A DNA stretch of 64,000 nucleotides from a virus. Taxonomy: Duplodnaviria; Caudoviricetes. The translations under genes and the position numbers were made by a program. Every line of letters starts with the position of its first letter. Within the stretch, counting starts at the first letter, position 1. The notes under the pieces were generated by a model that was given only the letters and a program-made list of their open reading frames with translations, had not been told where the DNA came from and did no database searches. Of the stretch, positions 56,777 to 64,000 are shown in pieces. The stretch lies in IMG/VR virus record IMGVR_UViG_3300009155_000035; one strand, given 5' to 3'.

Positions 56777-57498
56777 AAGTTTACATCGGCAAATATCGAA
56801 ATCACTGGATTTCACCTTACACTGTGTTGGATTACATGTTCTTTTGGACAGACTGGTCAAAGTGTAGTCGCAACAAAAGTCTGCAATCTGCCATTGATGA
56901 GATGGATGGCAAATACAAATATGTAGAACATCCTGAGTGGGTAGAAAAGTGGTCAGATCGACTTGAGCCCATTAGCCGAGGCATCCAGTGGGTGTTGGAT
57001 CGAGTACATCCAAAGATTGATTATGTAAAGATTGACAAATGGGATACTTGGAGCATGGATCATACCTTGGCTCATATTGTGTTGCCCATGTTGAAACAAC
57101 TGCAAGCAACCAAACATGGTAGCCCATTGGTAGATGACGAAGATGTTCCTGAAGAACTTCGTTCTACCAGTGCCCCTCCTAAAGAAAACGAGTGGGACAC
57201 AGACGGCAATCACTTTAAACGCTGGGACTGGGCGTTTGACGAAATGATCTTTGCATTTGAATGCAAGATAGATGATTCTTGGCAAGATGCTTTCCGTTCA
57301 GGCGATCATGACCTACTGTGGATTCCTGTGGATGCAAACGGCAATGAAGTCCCCAAGGGCGAGCACAAGTACTACCAAATGTCTCATGGCCCCAACGACA
57401 CTTACAAATGCGACTACGAAGGCATGAAAGTGGTAGAAGCACGTATTCAAAACGGTTTCCGTTTATTTGGCAAATACTATCAAGCCCTGTGGGATTGA
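56773..57498 (+). CDS. Phage hypothetical protein
   Basis: MKVYIGKY...WDTWSMDHTLA...GFRLFGKYYQALWD. Confidence 0.7.
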   Translation: MKVYIGKYRNHWISPYTVLDYMFFWTDWSKCSRNKSLQSAIDEMDGKYKYVEHPEWVEKWSDRLEPISRGIQWVLDRVHPKIDYVKIDKWDTWSMDHTLAHIVLPMLKQLQATKHGSPLVDDEDVPEELRSTSAPPKENEWDTDGNHFKRWDWAFDEMIFAFECKIDDSWQDAFRSGDHDLLWIPVDANGNEVPKGEHKYYQMSHGPNDTYKCDYEGMKVVEARIQNGFRLFGKYYQALWD

Positions 57499-57515
57499 TA
57501 AAAACTGGAGTTTGC

Positions 57516-57758
57516 ATGAATTTGGCAACCATGGTAAAGCAACTTAATCAACCCAAAGAAAATAAAAAAGTTTCCAAGCAAAGATATGATCTTTGGAGAT
57601 CTGGGTACATGTTTGACGCTCTTAAAGGACTACGATACGGCCAAAGTTTTTGTAATCACTTTAATATCACAGATTATATACTGTATTATGATATCAAGTC
57701 AGAGCGGTGTCATAGGTATATTTGCAAAAATTATGTCCAACAAAGAATCACGACGTGA
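57516..57758 (+). CDS. Hypothetical protein
   Basis: GGAG SD; RYGQSFCNHF. Confidence 0.55.
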   Translation: MNLATMVKQLNQPKENKKVSKQRYDLWRSGYMFDALKGLRYGQSFCNHFNITDYILYYDIKSERCHRYICKNYVQQRITT

Positions 57759-57982
57759 GTGTAACAGAACAACCACGTACTAAAGAAAGTTTCAAATACA
57801 CATGTGAAATATCCAAACCATTTGGACATCTCGATTATGTGATAGATTGGTGCAAGTCTGAACTGGCGCATGACTGGCGCTGGCAACTTGTGTCTGTTAG
57901 CACTGATCGGCGCCCAGGAATTTATGTATTTTACTTTGATAACGAGCAAGACGTACTAGCATTCAATTTGAAGTGGCTGTAA
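57722..57982 (+). CDS. Hypothetical protein
   Basis: IDWCK...W...YVFYFDNEQD; start uncertain. Confidence 0.5.
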   Translation: MQKLCPTKNHDVSVTEQPRTKESFKYTCEISKPFGHLDYVIDWCKSELAHDWRWQLVSVSTDRRPGIYVFYFDNEQDVLAFNLKWL

Positions 57983-58129
57983 TTAATCAAATTCGAACAA
58001 AAAATAAACTGTTGTTATTATACCTGTTTAGTGTGCTATATAAACTTGCGTCCGTAAAATTTCACAAGAGCTTTTGTATATTTTCAGGCTCTTGGTGTGT
58101 GAAAACACACTAACACAAAGGAGAAACCA

Positions 58130-58696
58130 ATGGAAAAATATATTAAACTATCACTGCATACTGTGGTGTTTTTAATAATTGCCACTTTCGGCATAACGCT
58201 GATTAATGCAGTAACCCAAAACAAACTAAGCCGTTTGGCAGATGCCGACATCAGTTCAGTATCTACAATTGGCGAATTCAAGGCTGCGCTCAAAGACAAA
58301 GAGCGCCGATTGCAATGCATGACCCAAAACATATATTGGGAAGCTGCCAGTGAGCCTGCCGAAGGCAAGCTAGCAGTGGCACAGATTGTAATGAACCGGG
58401 TGGAGAGTGGAAAATTTCCCGATGACCCATGCCAAGTTGTACACCAAAAGAATGTGGTGTATCAACGAGTGCTGTGCCAATTTTCATGGTATTGTGAGCA
58501 AACTTTCAAGACTCGACCTATTCATAAGAACCTTTGGCTTGAAAGTGAAGAAGCCGCAAAGATGGTGATGTTTGATGGGTTCAGGATTCCTGAACTCAAA
58601 GATGCACTGTACTATCATGCTGACTATGTTAACCCACAATGGAACAAACGCCGTGTGGCCAAAATTGGTCGTCACATTTTTTATAAGGACCTGTAA
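58130..58696 (+). CDS. Cell wall hydrolase (SleB/Hydrolase_2)
   Basis: CMTQNIYWEA, VMNRV, FPDDPCQVV, CQFSW, YYHA, IGRHIFY. Confidence 0.92.
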   Translation: MEKYIKLSLHTVVFLIIATFGITLINAVTQNKLSRLADADISSVSTIGEFKAALKDKERRLQCMTQNIYWEAASEPAEGKLAVAQIVMNRVESGKFPDDPCQVVHQKNVVYQRVLCQFSWYCEQTFKTRPIHKNLWLESEEAAKMVMFDGFRIPELKDALYYHADYVNPQWNKRRVAKIGRHIFYKDL

Positions 58697-59002
58697 ATGA
58701 AAAACTTTGATATTGAAAAAATCGTTACTACCTTTCAATCTTATATTGCCCCAATCTCGGCAGCCACGCTGAGTTGGTTGGCAGTGATCTTGTTTCATTC
58801 AGCCACTTTGCCAACACTGATTGCTGTGCTAACTGGACTCAGTGATCGGATGCCCAGTGTAGACATGGTGATGTTGACCTGGGCAGGTCTCACTGCAATG
58901 TTTGCTCAGGCAGTGGTACAACGCAATTTCTTAAACATTGTGACCATTGCTCTGGGTTTTATTATCCAAAGTAGTCTCATGGTGTTGATTTTCTTCAAGT
59001 GA
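58697..59002 (+). CDS. Membrane protein
   Basis: Three hydrophobic segments; adjacent to the hydrolase. Confidence 0.6.
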   Translation: MKNFDIEKIVTTFQSYIAPISAATLSWLAVILFHSATLPTLIAVLTGLSDRMPSVDMVMLTWAGLTAMFAQAVVQRNFLNIVTIALGFIIQSSLMVLIFFK

Positions 59003-59019
59003 TCTGTTATACTTGCTAG

Positions 59020-59751
59020 ATGAACTTACATAGATTTTTAGATAGACTTGAAGAGTGGTGGCGTTATCCACAGCCCACCAAAGCACAAAAGCAACTGCTG
59101 GGTCTGTACACTGATGTAATTGACACAGAGTTTACTGCTGTACGCCTGGCCAGTGAAGAGTCTGCTCGTTATGTGCTAAATCACATGCGAGCAGTTCCAA
59201 ACTTTGACACTGATTATGATTTGCATGAGTGGGTCGCTACTACACAACTAGATCGTGGATTGTTGGCGCATGGGCAAATTTTAGAGTTTGGTGTAGCTAC
59301 CGGAAGAACATTGAATCAATTTGCACATTGGTTACCACACAAAACTGTTTATGGGTTTGATGGGTTTGATGGTCTTCCCGAAGACTGGACATCCAGGATG
59401 CGCAAGGGATTTTTTGCCAGAGATCATTTGCCTCGTGTGCGCCGAAACTGTGAACTTGTGGTGGGTTGGTTCAATGAAACACTGCCGGGTTTTGTTGAAA
59501 AACATCCGGAGCCAATTGCACTATTACATGTTGACTGTGACTTGTATTCGAGTACAGTTACAATTTTAAACAACTTGAAAAACAACATTGTGCCAGGTAC
59601 TGTGATTGTGTTTGATGAATACATTAACTATCCAGGCTGGCAATTGGATGAGTTTAAAGCCTGGCAAGAGCATTGTAAGGCGTATGGTGTCAGGTACAAA
59701 TACATTGGCAGAGTTTCTAAACACCAAAAAGTAGCAGTAAAGGTGTTGTAA
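59020..59751 (+). CDS. TylF-like class I SAM-dependent methyltransferase
   Basis: LEFGV, GFDGFDGLPEDW, HVDCDLYSS, FDEY. Confidence 0.85.
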   Translation: MNLHRFLDRLEEWWRYPQPTKAQKQLLGLYTDVIDTEFTAVRLASEESARYVLNHMRAVPNFDTDYDLHEWVATTQLDRGLLAHGQILEFGVATGRTLNQFAHWLPHKTVYGFDGFDGLPEDWTSRMRKGFFARDHLPRVRRNCELVVGWFNETLPGFVEKHPEPIALLHVDCDLYSSTVTILNNLKNNIVPGTVIVFDEYINYPGWQLDEFKAWQEHCKAYGVRYKYIGRVSKHQKVAVKVL

Positions 59752-59800
59752 AAACGCAACACTGTGCTGGTTGACAACAATCAGAATTTTCGCGTATAAT
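59745..59800 (+). promoter_or_regulatory. Early promoter with GTTG-N8-CAAC operator
   Basis: GTTG taaaaacg CAAC, 10 bp, TTGACA-18-TATAAT. Confidence 0.75.
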
Positions 59801-59895
59801 ATGCATACGGTAGAAGATCCTACCGGCTAACCTAAAGACAATGACGTGGCGTGGGGTCACAGATTTGAATGGTTACGAACGAAAGGTACTCGACT

Positions 59896-61080
59896 ATGGC
59901 AACAGCCAACATCTCCTACGCGGCTCAACGCAACTCTGTTTATCAAAACTCTTCTTCTAATCTTGTTGACTTGGTACAACGTCTCAATGACACCGTTGCC
60001 GCCATGCCACTACAGGCACAACGCAACTGGCAAAGCAAGCTTGCCAAAGCATTGGCAACGTTCAAGCGAAACAACCCCGGACTCCGTAGCATCAACGATC
60101 CCAAATTCCGTTTGTGCAAGAGTTTGATGCGTAAACTCAAAGACATTCAGATTGATACCACAATGCAACGTGAACCTAACTTGCAGTGGATCATAACCAT
60201 CATTGAAAACTTCCGTGCATATCAGGCACAGCCCATTCAGGTATATGAAACTTCCACTGGGATGGGAGCATGGGATGGTCAACACACTTCGCTGGCCCTG
60301 TACTTGATTGCCACCCAAGCCCTGGGCATGCCTTTTGAAGATGTTGAAGTCCCAGTCAACATCTATGACATTGTGAGCCGTGGTGAGATTCGCGGCAACT
60401 TTATTAACAACAACACCACAGTGGGCAAGAATGCCGGCAAGAAGCCACTAGACATCATTGACATTATTACACAAATGATCTATGGTGTAGAGGTTGACGG
60501 TGTTACCGAGCAAGAATGGGTAGATGCACATGCCAAGTGGCAAGCCATTGCGGCCGCAGGCATGTTTATGACTGCCGACAAGTTCAACGACACAGATCAA
60601 GTTGGTGCTATTAGTCGTCTCAACGAGATCAACGACTCTAGTGTCAACGTGGTAAAGAAGTTTGCTGTATACGGCAAGTATGTTGTGGGCTTGCAACAAC
60701 GTCCTATTAACACTAAGGAAATTCCCATCATCATGGAGTTCCTTAACATCTGTGAACAGCAAGACATTACCTATACTGATACCGAGATTGAAGACTTGGC
60801 TCAGCATTGTGTTGACTTGTTTGACGCAAACTTTGATGCTAAAGGCCCGTATTGGGAACAGTGTCATCAAGCCAACATCAATGCGTGGAACAAGCACAAC
60901 AAAGGACGTCCTAAAACTGACTGGACTGACCCTCCACGTAACAACAAGAACACCCCACAAGGTACGGCGTTCTTTTGGCACCAACTCAACTCAACTTGGG
61001 TTCCCACACAACCAGCTGGATTTAAGTTTCCCAAGATGCCGTTCAGTGTTTACACACCTGATGTAAAGGACATGTTCTAA
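59896..61080 (+). CDS. ParB/Srx-fold (DGQH motif) protein
   Basis: IDTTMQRE...QPIQV...WDGQHT; start reassigned after GAAAGG. Confidence 0.55.
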   Translation: MATANISYAAQRNSVYQNSSSNLVDLVQRLNDTVAAMPLQAQRNWQSKLAKALATFKRNNPGLRSINDPKFRLCKSLMRKLKDIQIDTTMQREPNLQWIITIIENFRAYQAQPIQVYETSTGMGAWDGQHTSLALYLIATQALGMPFEDVEVPVNIYDIVSRGEIRGNFINNNTTVGKNAGKKPLDIIDIITQMIYGVEVDGVTEQEWVDAHAKWQAIAAAGMFMTADKFNDTDQVGAISRLNEINDSSVNVVKKFAVYGKYVVGLQQRPINTKEIPIIMEFLNICEQQDITYTDTEIEDLAQHCVDLFDANFDAKGPYWEQCHQANINAWNKHNKGRPKTDWTDPPRNNKNTPQGTAFFWHQLNSTWVPTQPAGFKFPKMPFSVYTPDVKDMF

Positions 61081-61322
61081 TGACATTACCTGATGAAAGA
61101 TATCGAGCAGTTGTTCAGACTCAAAAGTTTCTAGTTGAGATCTTGAACACGCCGCGTGTCCCAAAAGCAATTAAAGAACAGGCTAGATGGTGTCTTAGAC
61201 ACTATCCTACCGACTGGGATATGCAACGGACGGCACTTCAGGCGCCTGACGTATTTCAAGAAAGAATGGAACCTGTGTATCGAATGATCAAACAATACGA
61301 ACAAGACAAGGAACAACAATGA
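61080..61322 (+). CDS. Hypothetical protein
   Basis: MTLPDERYRA...WCLRHYP. Confidence 0.65.
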   Translation: MTLPDERYRAVVQTQKFLVEILNTPRVPKAIKEQARWCLRHYPTDWDMQRTALQAPDVFQERMEPVYRMIKQYEQDKEQQ

Positions 61323-61870
61323 AAACACTAATGGAACGTGTCACAGGGTTTGCACAAAAGAAACCCACACCTGTAAAACGTGGCGGCGCCAGTTATGATG
61401 CTACTCAACAGTTTTGTAAAAGCGAGATTGAGCGTTATGTAGCGATGTACCGACAGCTCAAGGTCGAAGATCAAACTGCACGTCTTATCCGAGACATGAT
61501 TGATGTATTGTTGCGTAGATACCATGGCTATGCCATCAAAGAAAACTTTGGTGCTCACTACCGAGAAAAAGGCCTAGCACATGGTACCAAGACAGAGTTT
61601 GAACATGTGATTCCTGCAAGTGTGGCACGAGATATGTTGCTGTTCAACCGACTCACAGTTGATGAGGCGCTCAACATTCCCACCTGCCAACTCAGCCGGG
61701 AAAAGCACAAGCGATTGAACTCAACCAAGTTGGGAAGCACTACACCAGACATTTACTGGTTTTGGAAACGTTATCAAGAGCTTGGTGTTGAAGTTGAAAC
61801 TCACGACAGTGTTGTGGTTGATACCGCAACTTGGAGTTTAGACAATCACTATTCTTACTTTAAGGTATAA
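61319..61870 (+). CDS. HNH-like hypothetical protein
   Basis: TEFEHVIPA motif only. Confidence 0.4.
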   Translation: MKTLMERVTGFAQKKPTPVKRGGASYDATQQFCKSEIERYVAMYRQLKVEDQTARLIRDMIDVLLRRYHGYAIKENFGAHYREKGLAHGTKTEFEHVIPASVARDMLLFNRLTVDEALNIPTCQLSREKHKRLNSTKLGSTTPDIYWFWKRYQELGVEVETHDSVVVDTATWSLDNHYSYFKV

Positions 61871-61872
61871 TT

Positions 61873-62139
61873 ATGAGCAGACTTGCATTATTTGGACGTC
61901 CCTGGGTAGTATTTGATGTCACTAACAAAGATCATCGACGTTGGTTCGCAGAATTCAACACTAACAGAACCTGGGCACATTGTCCGGTGCGATTTGTTGT
62001 AGACGATGATCAAGGTGATTTGATCACTATGATTCAGCGGCGTTTGATACAGTATTATGTAGACCGGGAGTTTGTTGCAAAAAAACAACAAAATTCCGCA
62101 GTTAGACGTGTTGTAAAAACACAACAAAAATCTACTTGA
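61873..62139 (+). CDS. Hypothetical protein
   Basis: RPWVVFD..NKDHRRWF..W..CPVRF. Confidence 0.65.
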   Translation: MSRLALFGRPWVVFDVTNKDHRRWFAEFNTNRTWAHCPVRFVVDDDQGDLITMIQRRLIQYYVDREFVAKKQQNSAVRRVVKTQQKST

Positions 62140-62164
62140 CCGAAATCTACTGGTTTGCTATAAT
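62110..62164 (+). promoter_or_regulatory. Early promoter with GTTG-N8-CAAC operator
   Basis: GTTG taaaaaca CAAC, 10 bp, TTGACC-17-TATAAT; second operator at 62074-62089. Confidence 0.85.
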
Positions 62165-62197
62165 ACTAGTATTGTAAGCAACAAGGAGTTGATTATT

Positions 62198-62446
62198 ATG
62201 GACATTGAAATTGATTACGAACTCACTGGTTCTACCCCGGACTATGACATGTTTACCGAACTTGGTAACGCGGCCGTGCATGCTATTGTGTTGGCCGCTC
62301 GCGCCAACAATCTGACCTGGGCCCAGACCCAACGAGCTCTGTCTGCTCTGGGCGAGCAAAAAGAGTTTGGCGAAGCTATGGACACCGCTGTGCGCGAGTG
62401 CGTTTACAGTGCTCTGGGCTACAAAAACGAGCCTTTTTATTCTTAA
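62198..62446 (+). CDS. Early hypothetical protein
   Basis: AAGGAG SD; EAMDTAVRECVY. Confidence 0.6.
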   Translation: MDIEIDYELTGSTPDYDMFTELGNAAVHAIVLAARANNLTWAQTQRALSALGEQKEFGEAMDTAVRECVYSALGYKNEPFYS

Positions 62447-62471
62447 TACTCAAGTATTACATTCTATCTGG

Positions 62472-62524
62472 TTGACCAGAAATGGTGAATTTCGTATAAT
62501 AGAAGCATAGTAAGAAACAAAGGA
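62472..62524 (+). promoter_or_regulatory. Early promoter cassette
   Basis: TTGACC-17-TATAAT; 30-nt identity with 47648-47677. Confidence 0.85.
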
Positions 62525-62531
62525 GCCTAGC

Positions 62532-62804
62532 ATGACAGCAACAGAATCAATCCGTGCCACAGTTGGCCGCAACATTCAAGAAGAACGTGAGCGTTCGATG
62601 TACGGTTGTACAGAAGCTCAACTTCGTGCCAGTGTTGAGTCCAGCATTACTTTCAAGCTTTCTGGTCCTGCAATGGTTGCCGCTGGCATGATGAGCGATG
62701 CGCAAGAAGAAATTGCGCACGGCATGGAAGAAGCGGCTCGCAAAACTTTGAATCGTGCCAAGTTTGTGTTGTTTGAGTACATTGTTGACAAGGAACAAAA
62801 ATGA
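62532..62804 (+). CDS. Early hypothetical protein
   Basis: Follows the promoter cassette. Confidence 0.7.
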   Translation: MTATESIRATVGRNIQEERERSMYGCTEAQLRASVESSITFKLSGPAMVAAGMMSDAQEEIAHGMEEAARKTLNRAKFVLFEYIVDKEQK

Positions 62805-63505
62805 GTTATACCAGTTATTTTGTTCAGCCCCGTGCCACCAAACCCAACATGAAATCATTTGATTATTCAGTTGATGATGTTTGGGGTGCGGCCGTAGCGG
62901 CACAACGTGTTAACGGTGAGTATGTCAAAGAAGACCAGATCAAGATCAATGAAGATGGTTCTCACGAGACTCTCAAAAAGCGCAATCGTGACATCATGAT
63001 GGACTTCTTGGCTGTGCCTGGCACCATCACTGACGAAGATCGTGCAACCGGTCGTGAGTGTCGTGGGTTTCTGCAGAATGATCTGACCTTCCGTGCGCTC
63101 AAGGGTCAACTCAGCGAATTTGACGCCAGTGTTGCCAAGGTTGTGGCAGTTGAAGACAAATTTAACAGTGTGCAACATCGTTTGGAACTGGCAGTGGTCG
63201 CATGCTTGCCACAAAGCCATCAACGTGCGCTGGTACGCCAGTCAATCCAGGATCGTGTGCGTAGTGCTGGCGGCGGACTTATTGGCAAAATTGGTGACAA
63301 AGTATCGTTGACTGCGGAAGTTGTCAGTGCCAAATACAGTCAAACTTATGGAATCTTTTGGGTTACAGCAATTACCCAAGACAATCAAGCCGTGTTTTTC
63401 AGCTACAAGCATCAGCTGAATTCGGCTACACAAATCAACTTGGTTGGTACAGTAAAAGCTCATCGCGACAACCAAACCCAACTTAACCGCGTCAAGATAC
63501 TGTGA
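62801..63505 (+). CDS. Hypothetical protein with C-terminal OB-fold-like region
   Basis: IGKIGDKV...GTVKAHRDNQTQLNRVK. Confidence 0.6.
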   Translation: MSYTSYFVQPRATKPNMKSFDYSVDDVWGAAVAAQRVNGEYVKEDQIKINEDGSHETLKKRNRDIMMDFLAVPGTITDEDRATGRECRGFLQNDLTFRALKGQLSEFDASVAKVVAVEDKFNSVQHRLELAVVACLPQSHQRALVRQSIQDRVRSAGGGLIGKIGDKVSLTAEVVSAKYSQTYGIFWVTAITQDNQAVFFSYKHQLNSATQINLVGTVKAHRDNQTQLNRVKIL

Positions 63506-63741
63506 TGAACAATAAACCAATTACACTCACAAATCTCACACCTCATCAGGTGGACTTGTTGGATCACATGTGGAGTCTTGAAAGCATGCAAGAAGTAGAA
63601 GAATGGCAGGCTACCTTGAGTGCCAGTGATCGTGTGATGAGTGATACACTGATGCGTATGGTGCTTCATGAAGTAGTTGAGGATCTTGTGGTGGAAGATC
63701 TAAGTCTAGCACGTGAATACTTGACAAGGTTTCGGCTGTGA
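63502..63741 (+). CDS. Hypothetical protein
   Basis: QVDLLDHMW; in operon. Confidence 0.55.
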   Translation: MMNNKPITLTNLTPHQVDLLDHMWSLESMQEVEEWQATLSASDRVMSDTLMRMVLHEVVEDLVVEDLSLAREYLTRFRL

Positions 63742-64000
63742 ACTATTCTGAACATCAATTCTTGGTAATGTGGGACTGCAACGGTCTAGAATATGTGGCC
63801 GATATCACTGCTGATCACCAACGTGTGTTCTGGGAAAAGCTACAAGGCAAAGAATCGCCAAAACATGCGTATGCAAACCCATATCACTTAAAGCTTAGGG
63901 CACAGTTTAATTCTCAAAGACACTACGAGATCTACACATTCAATGCCACAGAAGGTATTGGTGAACAAGATATTCGTGATATGTTTGACAACAATCCGCA
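63738..64000 (+). CDS. Hypothetical protein (3' partial)
   Basis: GTG start; FLVMWDCNGLE...LKLRAQFNSQRHYEIY; runs off the window end. Confidence 0.6.
   Translation, partial: MNYSEHQFLVMWDCNGLEYVADITADHQRVFWEKLQGKESPKHAYANPYHLKLRAQFNSQRHYEIYTFNATEGIGEQDIRDMFDNNP

Noticed and set aside
229-63669. Numerous antisense/overlapping ORFs in the six-frame track (e.g. 229-681, 19656-20249, 25311-25832, 51986-52540, 60448-60984)
   Set aside because: Shadow ORFs opposite well-supported genes, with no SD or recognisable motifs
1-64000. tRNA/rRNA genes, integrase, transposase, alternative genetic code
   Set aside because: No cloverleaf or rRNA signatures in intergenic gaps; no recombinase motifs; standard-code ORFs tile the window with TAA/TGA/TAG all used as stops

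Overview
AT-rich (roughly 40% GC by eye), gene-dense 64-kb segment of a large tailed dsDNA phage, probably a myovirus. Evidence: DnaB/gp41-like helicase, NrdAB and glutaredoxin, ATP-dependent DNA ligase, PAAR and tail proteins, a T4-like TAAATA late-promoter motif, and near-consensus sigma70 early promoters. No capsid, terminase, tRNA, rRNA or CRISPR array was seen. The host is probably a betaproteobacterium (inferred from the porin, AhpC/AhpD, PqqA and DUF3563-like proteins). The window is rich in host-derived auxiliary genes: iscU/iscA, four radical SAM enzymes, clpX/clpP/clpS/hsp20, rpsU, ahpC/ahpD, uvdE, a desaturase, a porin, a nucleotide-sugar dehydrogenase and an amidinotransferase. The most notable signals are absent from the ORF track. 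(1) A minus-strand redox/metal locus: ahpC - radical SAM - ahpD - TAAATA promoter - yybP-ykoY (Mn2+) riboswitch - small ORF - pqqA precursor peptide. (2) ROSE-like RNA thermometers before hsp20 and a phasin-like gene. (3) An identical 19-bp TTGC-N3-GCAA/TAAATA promoter (PhaR-box-like) before the phasin-like and DUF3563-like genes. (4) About ten apparently leaderless late genes in a phage that encodes bS21. (5) A family of early promoter cassettes with a positioned GTTG-N8-CAAC operator. All family assignments come from motifs read by eye and from recalled family knowledge; no database search was run.
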